A program made the position numbers and the translations under genes. From NCBI RefSeq assembly GCF_006345805.1, contig NC_042998.1, forward strand, positions 144,274,001 through 144,338,000: a stretch of DNA of 64,000 nt. The letters are read 5' to 3'. Below, in pieces: positions 49,551 to 61,338 of the stretch. The first letter of the stretch is position 1, and each line of letters begins with the position of its first letter. The notes below the pieces were generated by a model. The model did not search any database, was not told the origin of the DNA, and saw nothing but the letters and a program-made list of their open reading frames with translations. Origin of the DNA: Octopus sinensis. Its lineage: Eukaryota.

Positions 49551-50727
49551 TATAAGACATTAAAAGTCAGTTTGAATCTTGCTTGCTTGCTTGCAATGTT
49601 ACTCGGCCAAACTGGCACATAATGGGAAAATCCTATGAATTAAGTTTACCCTGAAATGTTAAAATAAATGGAATGAAACAAATTTCACGTAAATTGGAAC
49701 AGTAGTTATTGAGATATTCAGGTTTTGGGGATATAAATACCCAAAACGGTGCACAATGGGAAAATGTTCCAAATATAACTTCATCTTGAAAGGGAAAAAA
49801 CTCTAACCTTTCAATTAGACTGATTTGACAACGGAAAAATATGATTTGTTTTTTTACAGTAAATGTCAAACACAATATTTTAATGATTTAGAAATATAAG
49901 TGAATATGATTTCAAAAATGTAAGTTATTTGTACAGTAAGTATTTATATTTTAGCTTTCTTTAAACAGACAACATTTTAATGTTTTTTAAATTATTTTCA
50001 AGTGAATACCATTACAAAAATTTCTTTTGACATATTTCAAAACTATTTTTAAATGAAAATGACTTTAAAAGTATGATGAATATTTCGTAAAAGACCCGTT
50101 CGTAACTTCAGTGTGAAATAATTTTTGTTCCCTAGGTTTTTTCAAGTGCATTCAACATATCTCACCTCCAAAGATTTGGGTGCTATTTCTAGCATGTCCT
50201 ACCATGTAATAGTTATTTGCGATAAGGGACCCAAAATACCAGTTGCGTGGTAGCAGGGCATGTAAGAAATAGCAGCCAAATCTTTCCTTTTCAGGGGAAA
50301 GGAGCTGTTTACGCATGATTTCGCTGTCATATTCGTTGAAAGCACGTGAAATAACCTGGAAAAGAAAAAAAACCCACGAAACAAAACTCCATTGCTGGGA
50401 AACTCAGTGTTTTCCAGTGACCCAACAGGTCATAGGTAGTCTAGTATATAAATTTGTAGTGTAATATATGGATTCATAGAATCAAGTGGCTATCATATAT
50501 ATATATATATATATATAAATGTTAAACTTTTACAATGAGAGGGATGATAGAGACTTCCAAGATTCGACCTGCTGGCTTGATAGTCTGACAAAGACAAGTA
50601 AGCCAAAACTGCAAAGTCAGCCACCAATCTACTTTTGATATACATTTATAATAAACATGTACTCGACAGAAAAAATAATTCTTCAGTTCAATGTTCAACT
50701 GTTTTTTTACATGGTTTTTTTTTTCAG

Positions 50728-51100
50728 GTGCAGGCATGGCTATGTAGTAAGAAGCTTACTCCCAACCACATGATTCCAGGTTCAGTCACACTACATGGCA
50801 CCTTGGGCGCTGTCTCAGGCTAATCAAAGCCTTGTGAGTGGATTTGGTAGATGGAAACTGAAAGAAGCCCATCATGTGTGTGTGTGCATGTGCGTGTGTG
50901 TCTTTGTTCCCCATCACCACTTGACAACTTGTGTTCATGTCCCTGTAACTTAGTGATTCAGCAAAAGAGATTGATAGAATAAGTACCAGGCTTTAAAAAA
51001 AAAAGTACTAGGGTCAATACATTTCAACTAAAAATTCTTCAACGTAATGCCCCAATATAGCCACAGTCTAATGACTGAAACAAGTGAAAGATAAAAGATA
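50728..51100 (+). mobile_element. Family A SINE
   Basis: Head, CORE-like segment and tail are present. Confidence 0.85.
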
Positions 51101-52679
51101 CTTATACCCACACACATACACATATATTAAAATTATGTATATAATTTTCATTGTGATATCAACTTTACCATGTTTGCATGGATAAGGCAAGACTACATTA
51201 GTCCTAATTAGTTTTAAATAAATTAGTTCTATGTTAGTTTTAATAACATCTCTGGTTTATTTGACTGACATTTGTTGAAAGAAATTCCAAGTTGTTAATA
51301 CAGCCAGCACAATACTCTGTTTTATTTGATGTTTTAAACACTCCAGTCTTGACACAGAGTCATTCAACATCCTCTGTTAATAAAGAAGACTATGACTATT
51401 CACAAACATTGAAGAATTACATAAATTACATAGCACTGAGCAATCACTATTATCTTAAATTGATGCAGTACACAGTGACTCTCATCACTAATCCTGCATG
51501 ACAGAACATGCAGTGTTGTGCCAACCGAAGCTGACGCATGAGATATTTGCTGCCCTGGAACCTATCAACTGCTTCAAAGAGCTCTGTTTCTGATTTCAGA
51601 GCCATTTAGTCTGCTATGGCAAAAATTGACTAAAGGCTACACAACAACTAAACTTAAGAAAATGAGGAGCTTCAACACACACACACACACACACACAAAT
51701 ATACAAACATATATACAATGTAGGAGTCTATTTGGTTGAAGAATACATAGGAGACACTTTGGCCAGAAATGTTTATTCCATTAATTGCTGCATGAATGGT
51801 GATATTATTAAAGGAACTGATCAACAGTAAGACACAAACATCACTATGAATGAAATTAATGTTCTCTCCATTTAGGATATAAGACATTTTGGCTCAGCCA
51901 TTTTGGTGGCACTTATTTGGCATCACTTATTCAACACTGACTTATTTGAAATCAGATGTTTTAATGTTTCTCTCTCTCTCTCTCTCTGTTAATGTCAGTG
52001 AGCATATTTCTTTTCATGTGTATCAGGAGAGGGAAAGTGTTTATGTCAATCATATTCAATCAATTGAAATGATTTTCTCTCTCTCTCTCACTTTGTATGA
52101 GTGTATTTCTGCATTATGTATGTATGAGCATGTTTGCCTCCAATACTGAAAAGCACTGTTACCAAAACAGGCTGAATGTCCAGTCAGCCATGCCAAAACA
52201 TCAGCATCCGAACAGCTGTGCCCGATCATCTCATCCTGATTCATTTAATATAAATGGCAATAAAAAAAAAACAATATCCTAATTCTGTGTTTAAACAAGC
52301 ATACATTTGTGTGATGCCATTTATAAGGAACAAGACTGATGAATGTCTCCTTCCTTATAAATATGGTACTCAGTTCCTCAGAAGGAACTGAGTACTATAT
52401 TCACCTGAGAATAAAATACTGTAAGAGTATAACAGAATTTCAAATAAGGTGAATAAATATAAGGGGTGACAAGGAGATCTTTTTGATCTTTTGTTTTTAT
52501 TCTGCAGTCATTTGTATAGAAGGAGATATAAATATATATACTACTTCATACGATATTTCATAAATTTCTAATAAATTAAAAAATCTAAGTCTTGTAAGTG
52601 AATTTGGCTGACGGAAGCATAAAGTCCATCACACACACACACGTATATATATATATTATATATATATATATATATATAT

Positions 52680-54217
52680 CATCATCATCATCATCATCGT
52701 TTAACGTCCGCTTTCCATGCTAGCATGGGTTGGACGGTTCAACTGGGGTCTGGGAAGCCCGAAGGCTGCACCAGGCCAGTCAGATGTGGCAGTGTTTCTA
52801 CAGCTGGATGCCCTTCCTAACGCCAACCACTCCGAGAGTGTAGTGGGTGATTTTATGTGCCACCGACACAGGTGCCAGACGAGGCTGGCAGACGGCCACG
52901 CTCGGATGGTGTTTTTTATGTGCACCGACACAGGTGCCAGACGAGGCTGGCAGACGGCCACGCTCGGATGGTGTTTTTTATGTGCCACCGACACAGGTGC
53001 CAGACGAGGCTGGCAGACGGCCACGCTCGGATGGTGTTTTCTTATGTGTCACCGACACAGGTGCTAGACGAGGCTGGCGGACGGCCACGCTCGGATGGTG
53101 TTTGTTACGTGCCCTCAGCACGGAGGCCAGTCATTGCGGTACTGGCTACGGTCACGTTCGGATGGTTTTCTTATGTGCCACCGGCACTGGTACCACAAGG
53201 ATACAAATTCCATTGATGTTCATCTATTTTGATTTGGTTCGATTTGATTTGATACGATTCGATTCTATTCTCACTTGCCTCAACAGGTCTTCACAAGTGT
53301 CACAAGAAGGAAGGTATGCACAGGTGGACTGACTACGTCCCAGGTAGGGGCCACGGATTATGGCTTCACTAGTCTTGCCGGGTCTTCTCACGCACAGCAT
53401 ACTTCCATAGGTCTCGGTCTCTAGTCATTTCCATGGTGAGACCTAACGTCCGAAGGTCGTGCTTCACCACCTCATCCCAGGTTTTCCTGGGTCTACCTCT
53501 TCCACGGGTTCCCTCAACTGCTAGGGATTGGCACTTTCTCACACACCTCTCTTCATCCATTCTCGCCACATGACCATACCAGCGCAATCGTCTCTCTTGC
53601 ACACAACAACTGATGCTTCTTAGGTACAACATTTCTCTCAAGGTACTAACGCTCTGTCGAGTAAGTACACTGACATTACACATCCATCGGAGCATACTGG
53701 CTTCGTTCCTCACGAGCTTACGCATGTCCTCAGCAGTCACGGCCCATGTTTCACTGCCATGTAGCATAGCTGTTCGTACACATGCATCATACAGTCTGCC
53801 TTTTACTCTGAGCGAGAGGCCTTTAGTCACCAGCAGAGGTAAGAGCTCCCTAAACTTTGCCCAGGCTATTCTTATTCTAGCAGTTACACTTTCAGCGCAC
53901 CCACCCCCACTACTGACTTGGTCACCTAGATAGCGGAAACTATCAACTACTTCTAGTTTTCCCCCCCGGAAAGTGACAGAAGTTGTTTTCTGCAGATTTT
54001 CGGAGGTCAGTGCTCCAGAGCACCTGCCACATACAAAACTATCTTCCCAGTTAGCCTACCTTTGACATTGCTGCACCTCTTATGTGTCCATAGCTTACAC
54101 TGGGTACATCTTATAGAGTTTCTACCTACACCTTTTCTACAGATCGAGCAGGGCCATCTTCCTGATGATATTTGTGGGTTTTCTACCTTTCTACTTATTA
54201 GTACTTTGGTTTTAGCT
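52680..54217 (-). mobile_element. 5'-truncated RTE-like LINE: RT C-terminal half with embedded PHD finger, 3' UTR with about 63-bp tandem units, (GAT)n tail
   Basis: KTKVLIS...WPCSICRKGVGRNSIRCTQCKLWTHKRC, a 1-nt frameshift, then FVCGRC...DSFRYLGDQV...ARIRIAWAKFREL...LYDACVRTAMLHGSETW...RRLRWYGHVARM...GTRGRGRPRKTW. (TA)n lies on both flanks. Confidence 0.93.
52851..53200. repeat. About 63-bp tandem repeat in the RTE 3' UTR (4 near-identical and about 2 diverged units)
   Basis: Unit TTTTATGTGCCACCGACACAGGTGCCAGACGAGGCTGGCAGACGGCCACGCTCGGATGGTGTT. About 3 more units at 56772-56970. Confidence 0.9.
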
Positions 54218-54231
54218 ATATATATATATTT

Positions 54232-54430
54232 CAAATTATGGCACAAGGCTAGCAAATTCAGGGAGTGGCTAAGTCAATTACATCAAACCCAGTGTTCAAC
54301 TGGTACTTATTTTATAACTCCAAAAGGATGAAAGGTAAAATCAACATTGGTGGAATTTGAACTAAGAACATAGACAGACAAAATGCTACTCAGCATTTTG
54401 CCTGGCGTGCTAACTATTCTGCCAGCACAC
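54232..54430 (-). mobile_element. SINE family B, subfamily 1
   Basis: TTCAAATTATGGCACAAGGCTAGCAAATTC end and a family B body. Confidence 0.8.
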
Positions 54431-55920
54431 CACCTTACACACATACATGCATATATATATGATAACAGATTTTTTTCAGTTTCCATCTACCAAATCCACT
54501 CACAAGGCTTTGTTTGGCCTATGGCTATTGTGGAAGACACTTGCCCAAAGTGTCATGTAGTAGGACTGAACCCAAAACATGTGGTTGTGAAGTCAACTTC
54601 TCAACCACACAACAACACCTGCATCAATTGGAGCTATGGCTGCTCCAATTATCTATTTGTATCTGTATCACCTTGTATTGGCATCACACAATAAATATAA
54701 ATAAGCAGGAAAGTCATCCAGCTGTAGGAAATCAGTTTCAACAAATCCCATCTGACCTTGCGAGCACAGAAAAAGGATTGTTAAAACAATGATGATGATG
54801 ATGATTATAATGATGAAATAGGTACAAGCATGGCTGTATAGATGCAGGGATGATGTATGGTCAAAACACTCACTCCACAATAGTACGATTCCAGGTTCAG
54901 TCCCACTGTGTGTTATCTAAGGCACTTGTCTTTTCCACTATAGTCCTGGGCCAAATGGAACTTCTGCATTGCGATGGCGTTAAAAACACAGTGGTAACAA
55001 AACAACTGTAACTGGTCATTAAAGATATGCTAAACTGTCTCGTCTTATTTGTGTGTGTGTGTGTGGTGCATGCACAAACATTTATACATAAATACACACA
55101 CATGCACATATATATTTGTATATTGTACATACATACATACATATAAAAATATATGCATACATTAGATGTGGAACACAGAACATTTCAAAAGTGCAAGTAA
55201 CAAAAGCTAATACAATGAAGAACAACACTTAAGATGTGAATGTACTCAACATAAAAAATGAATAAATAAATAAATAGGATGAAATTGTCAGCATTCTTGA
55301 AGAATTCTTGTCATTACATGAAAGAACTACCAGGCCAAACAGTCAGCCATAGAACAATGCATTAGTTTGGGAGAAAGAGTGATAGGAACATCAAGGCAAA
55401 GAAAAATGTGTGGTCCTTTGGTCTATCAAGGAATTCAATTGTGTTTAGAAAACTAAGGGATAAAAGAAGAGGTGTGGGGGGATAAAGGGGAGATTGGATT
55501 AAGGATGTTGAGACAGGGACTGTGATGAAGACTCTGGAATGTATGACAGGAACCCAAAGACTAGGTGGGGGTGGGCGGAAAAGTGCTATGGGAATAATTT
55601 GAACTATTTCCTTTCCCCATCCATATATGAATATATTTATTACATGCACACACATATACATGCAGATATAAATACACATACACGAATATATATACACACA
55701 CACACATACACACAAACAAGAATAGACAGCTATGCACATACAAACTCATATATATACACACACATACAGATATATGTACACATTCATACTCACAAATGTG
55801 CACACATACATACTCATATCTACACACACATGTGACATTATAAGCACACATAAATCTTTGGAATTGACATATATTCAGTTGAAATTATATTATTGTTACA
55901 TGTGGAAGAAACAAAAAATG

Positions 55921-55955
<35 letters not shown>

Positions 55956-56198
55956 TATAGAGAGTGTATATGTATTTATACATAAAAGTATGTATGTATA
56001 TATGCGTGGGATGGGTGTTGCAGCACAAGGATGACGAGAACACAAAACATGAAACTTACATATATATATAATAGACAAAAGTTACAAAGTGACTCTCAAA
56101 ACCTTTAAGTTTCATGCATAACTTCATATGATAGGTGCAAGTGAGTGTGTATATTGTATTTGTATGTGTATATGTGTATGTATGTGTATATATATCTC

Positions 56199-56578
56199 TC
56201 TATATATAAACGGCAGTTTGTCTGTGTGTGTGTCTGTGTGTCTGTCACGTTGTACCCTCACCCTGACCACGGCTTTCAACCGATTCTGATGAAACTTGAC
56301 ACACACGTAGCCCAATGTCATAATTCAAAACTAACGCAGCGAAAATTTTGAAAAGTTCCCTCAGTTCTGAGAAAAATCGATAAATTCGACATGGGGTCGA
56401 GAATCAGAAACACAAACCACAGACTGTCTAGGGGACGCAACTCGACCCTTTTAACTCTCAAAAAAAATTTACCGTCATTTTTTATCCATTTTTTTGCTAT
56501 TTTTTGGCTATAACTCTCTAAAAATGCTTTATAGTTATTTCCCTTACAAACCCGAGCAACGCCGGGCGATACTGCTAG
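56199..56578 (+). mobile_element. Non-autonomous Helitron, complete
   Basis: 5' TCTATATATAAA, internal (TGTC/TG)n, 3' hairpin CCCGAGCAACGCCGGG (56551-56566) and CTAG|T end, with no TSD. Confidence 0.85.
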
Positions 56579-56604
56579 TATATATATATATATATATATA
56601 TATA

Positions 56605-56975
56605 TCATCATCATCATCATTTAACGTCCGCTTTCCATGCTAGCATGGGTTGGACGGTTCAACTGGGGTCTGAGGAGCCCGAAGGCTGCACCAGGCCAGT
56701 CAGATCTGGCAGTGTTTCTACAGCTGGATGCCTTTCCTAACGCCAACCACTCCGAGAGTGTAGTGGGTGATTTTATGTGCCACCGACACAGGTGCCAGAC
56801 GAGGCTGGTGAACGGCCACGCTCGGATGGTGTTTTTATGTGCCACCGACACAGGTGCCAGACGAGGCTGGCGAACGGCCACGCTCGGATGGTGTTTTTAT
56901 GTGCCACCGACACAGGTGCCAGATGAGGCTAGCAGACGACCACGCTCGGATGGTGTTTTTTATGTGCCACCGACT
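56605..56975 (-). mobile_element. RTE-family 3' UTR and tail fragment, same family as 52680-53200
   Basis: Near-identical to 52690-53040, with (TA)n on both sides. Confidence 0.9.
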
Positions 56976-56999
56976 ATATATATATATATATTTATATAT

Positions 57000-57169
57000 A
57001 CCGGAGTAAGCACATAAATGTGAAACAAGGTGGAAAAATACAGTACTCAAATACCAGATACCAGAGGTAGAGTATTAAAAGCAGCAGAAATATAACAAAA
57101 GCTGTTACTCAGAGTTTCATATTCCCGTTCTCTGAGTAACAGCTTTTGTTATATTTCTGCTGCTTTTAA
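57000..57169. mobile_element. Penelope-like fragment with a perfect 40-bp fold-back
   Basis: Arms 57075-57114 and 57130-57169 are exact reverse complements around a 15-nt loop. The minus strand keeps a half hammerhead, GAAACTCTGAGTA^ACAG. Confidence 0.6.
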
Positions 57170-57283
57170 ACACTGCCAGATCAGACTAGAGCCTGGTGCA
57201 GCCTCCTGGCTTCCAAGACCCCAGTCGAACTGTCCAACTCGTGCTAGCACGGAAAACGGACGTTAAACGATGATGATGATGAT
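57170..57283 (+). mobile_element. RTE-type tail, sense orientation
   Basis: CACTGCCAGATCAGACT...GGACGTTAAACGATGATGATGAT. Confidence 0.85.
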
Positions 57284-57364
57284 ATACATGTGTATATATA
57301 TATATATATATATATATTATTATTATTATACATATATACATGCAGATATATATAATATATATAG

Positions 57365-57395
<31 letters not shown>

Positions 57396-57441
57396 GCACC
57401 TATATGCATGCATATATGCATATGTACATATATATATATGC

Positions 57442-57472
<31 letters not shown>

Positions 57473-57705
57473 TAAGGGTAGAAATTGATATTTATCAATT
57501 AAGACCAGTGGTCTAGCATATTAAAAAAGAATCCGAAGATTAAAATATTTATATATACCAATTAAGGACTGAGCACGAAAAGTGGACAGTCAACATGCTA
57601 GATATAGACGTCAAATCGCCATTCACCACAAAAGATTATGTTCTCAGATCATATATATATATATGCACCTATATACATGCATATATACATATGTACATAT
57701 ATATA

Positions 57706-57763
<58 letters not shown>

Positions 57764-57796
57764 ATACTTATATACATATGTATATATATGTATATT

Positions 57797-58132
57797 GTGA
57801 AGGTGCATGGCTCAGTGGTTAGACAGTCGAGCTTATGATCGTGAGGTTGTGAGTTCGAATCCCGGACCGGGCTGCATGTTGTGTTCTTGAGCAAGACACT
57901 TTATTTCACGTTGCTCCAGTTCACTCAGCTGTAGAAATGAGTTGAGATGTCACAGGTGCCAAGCTGTATCTGCTTTTGCCTTTCCCTTAGATAACACTGG
58001 TGGCGTGCAGAGGGGATGCCAGTATGCATGGGTGACTGCTGGTCTTCTATAAACAACCTTGCCCAGACTTGTGCCTGGGAGGGTAACTTTCTAGGTGCAA
58101 TCCCACGGTCAGTCATGACCGAAGGGGGTCTC
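57797..58132 (+). mobile_element. tRNA-derived SINE family C, full length, with a tRNA-Ile(UAU)-like head
   Basis: A-box TGGCTCAGTGG, CTTATGATCGTGAGGTTGTGAGTTCGAATCCC, and core TTCTTGAGCAAGACACTTT...CCAGTTCACTCAGCTGT. A second copy lies at 63714-64000. Confidence 0.85.
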
Positions 58133-58250
58133 AATGTATATTTATATTCATGCTTACATATGCGTGTGTATATATATATACATATATATATATATACACA
58201 TGCATACTTATGTATATATATACACATATATATACACATGCATACTTATG

Positions 58251-58292
<42 letters not shown>

Positions 58293-58370
58293 ATATATAT
58301 ATACATACATGCATACATATGTATATATACATATACATGGATACATATGTACATACGTATAAAAATATAT

Positions 58371-58407
<37 letters not shown>

Positions 58408-58517
58408 GGCAAAGGAGTGGTTGTGTGGTAAGTAGTTTGCTTACCAACTACATGGTTCTGGGTTCACTCCCACTGTGTGGCACCTTGGTAGACTGAAACT
58501 GAAAGACGCCCGTTGTC

Positions 58518-58559
<42 letters not shown>

Positions 58560-58790
58560 TGCATGTGTATGTATATGTTTTGTGTGTGTTTCTCCACCCA
58601 CTCATACCAACATCGCTTCACAACCGATGGCTGATGTGCTTACATCTCCATAATTTAGCAGTTCGGCAAGAGAGACCAATAGATTAAGTACTAGACTTAC
58701 AAAGGATAAGTCCTGGGGTCATTTTGCTCGACTAAAGGCGGTGCTCCAACATGGCCACAGTTAAATGACTGAAACAAATAAAAGACTATT
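58408..58790 (+). mobile_element. Family A SINE with an internal deletion
   Basis: CACCTTGG joins directly to TAGACTGAAACTG. About 60 bp are missing between two TTGG copies, consistent with microhomology. Confidence 0.8.
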
Positions 58791-59774
58791 CATATCATAT
58801 ATATATATATATACATATATACATATATATATATAACACACACACATATATATATATATATAAATATAGATATTACATTATTACATATATATAAATAAAT
58901 ATATATATTACATTATTACATATATATAAATATATATATATATTACACATATATATATACAGATATATATATAAATATATGTGTGTGTGTGTGTGTGTGT
59001 CCCCAATGATGGACATGACACTGTCTACCCTCCTCAATCTGATTTTGAGAATAGAGCATAGAATATAACACACACATGTTTATCTCTGCATAGATACACC
59101 AAAAAAATCAATATTGTATATAGTTTCATTCTGAATTAAAATATGTAAAATCGCACAATTTTACATATATACATTATCCTCTACATTGCTGAGAAAAAAA
59201 AACAGCATGATATACATACACATACGTACCTTTTAATTCATAGTCACACATACACTCACGCATACATTGACACACATACATATGCACCCATGTGTAATAT
59301 ATATTTTGTGTGCGCACACACACACATATATATATGTGTGTATTTGTGTATATAAATGCGCGCGCGCGCACTTTGCATGGCTTCGAAAATAATTCCTTGA
59401 ATGGGTCTTTAAAACCAATAATTTCTCAAAAGTAGAAACGATGTTTTTTTAACTCCATACCATTCTCAAGGGCACTTTAATTTCAAAGCGAAATTATCAA
59501 GCTTTTAATTAAAATCTTAATGAGTAATTTTTTTCATTCCAAAATTATTTGTTTTGGAGGGGTGATGATGGAAACTTTCAAAATGTGTACAGATATTTAA
59601 AATACACATTGTATGTGTGTGTGTGTTGTGTCAACTATGCAAGGTTACATTCAGGAAGATCAGCTGCTACAAATTCAATTATAGATCATCTTCCAACATC
59701 TACCATCATCAACAACAAAGCTGAAAAACAGAGAGGAGCCCGAGCAAGGCCGCAGGTCAAAAAAGAAAAGATAA

Positions 59775-59807
<33 letters not shown>

Positions 59808-60236
59808 CACAAAATAAATAGGAACACAGAGAGATATAGACAGTATATTTACAGGAGCGTCAGATTTATGCGGGAAGGAGGAGAGGTAGAGGTGAGTGCT
59901 GCGAGATTTAAATATTCATGTTTCTGAAGGGCATTAGCTACGTTAGTGGAGATAGTACTGAATAATAATTGTAATCCAATTAAGATAGATATATACGCAC
60001 ACATAGGAAGTTTAGTCTCGCATTGCAGTAGCGTGTACAAGTTATACACACAGCTATATATAAATATGCAGGCTGATATGTTCTAAGTCGGGAAAAATAT
60101 ATACACAAATGTATTCATGCTGGCATGAAAAAACGGACGTAAAACGAAGGCGCGCGCGCATACTGACACATACACCTACATATATATGTGCGCAAACATA
60201 TATTTACCTACATATACCTATACACACCTATATAAT

Positions 60237-60311
<75 letters not shown>

Positions 60312-60923
60312 CACACACACATGATGTGTATTCATGTGAAGAATTCACATAAAAAACACAATGGAACCGGTAATATTGGGAAAGTAAAAGTACAAGAGAA
60401 GCAAAGGGTTGTTATAAATATTTTAGTGTCACTACCTGAGTTTAGCATAAATTTATATTTCTGCCAAACTACATTAAAGGACATTCAGGTGGATGGAATA
60501 AATAGAATCATTATTTGCTTATATCAGAAGAATTCTTGAATTTCTTGACTTGTATAATTTTATTCTTTTACCATTCGTTTTGATGAAATATTATATTTTG
60601 TTATATGTAGTATATATAATTAGGAGGGGAAATCATTAAATAGATAATTATAGTTTCTTTTTAAGAAAAAATAAACGAAGATGTACATTATAAATATTGA
60701 TAAGCATTAAATCCATAAAAATGATATTGATTCTGTCACCTTTTAAAGTACAAGCACACACAGGATACATGTATGTATTAATGCATGTAGATTTAAACGT
60801 GTACATGCATGTATACACCAATGACATATATGACACACATATGCGTGTGTACTTATTCTTGCAAAAGTATGTATGAGTTACAGATAGATATAACACACTC
60901 ATACGTATTTGTGTGTGTGTGTG

Positions 60924-60964
<41 letters not shown>

Positions 60965-61197
60965 CGGGGTAATATATAAAAATTTATATAATTGAAGAGA
61001 GTTTCATTTTTTATTTATTTCAGCTAAAAGACAATATCATAGGCGGGAAAGGGATAAAATAAAATAATGAAGAAGATTAAACAAGAAGGTGAAATTTTCA
61101 TCTTGTACAGCGAATGCTTGTCGTCATGAATGACGAAAACCTTGATAAAGAGAATGGGACGCAAGAAGTAAGACAGTCAATATAAGTTTTATCTTAC

Positions 61198-61338
61198 CTG
61201 GGTACGTTGGCGAGAAGTACGATTGTTCCAGAGTCCACCCAGTCCACCTCCTCCTGCCCAGCCACCGTCAGTCGGGGTACATGGCTCACTCCGCTGAGAA
61301 TGGACCTGAAGTGAAGCTCTACGGCGATCGGAGGGCAT
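61198..61338 (-). CDS. Candidate first coding exon of an unidentified host gene (47 aa, MPSDRRRASLQVHSQRSEPCTPTDGGWAGGGGLGGLWNNRTSRQRTQ)
   Basis: A unique GC/CpG-rich island in AT-rich DNA. The ATG has A at -3 and an upstream in-frame stop. A consensus donor CAG|GTAAGA lies at 61198/61197, phase 0. The protein was not recognised. Confidence 0.6.

Noticed and set aside
52335-52410. C/D-box snoRNA (TGATGA...CTGA)
   Set aside because: There is no terminal stem, the C-box-like motif lies in a hairpin loop, and no antisense guide was recognised.
52701-53332. ORFs of 107-161 aa with repeated PPTQVPDEAGRRPRSDG
   Set aside because: They are translations of the 63-bp (21-codon) UTR tandem repeat, not genes.
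57805-57880. Functional tRNA gene
   Set aside because: The A and B boxes continue into a repeated SINE body also seen at 63714-64000, and no proper acceptor stem or T-run terminator is evident.
59848-59894. Plus-strand mini-exon ending GAG|GTGAGT
   Set aside because: The donor is good but the acceptor is poor, it would be antisense to the candidate gene, and there is no further support.
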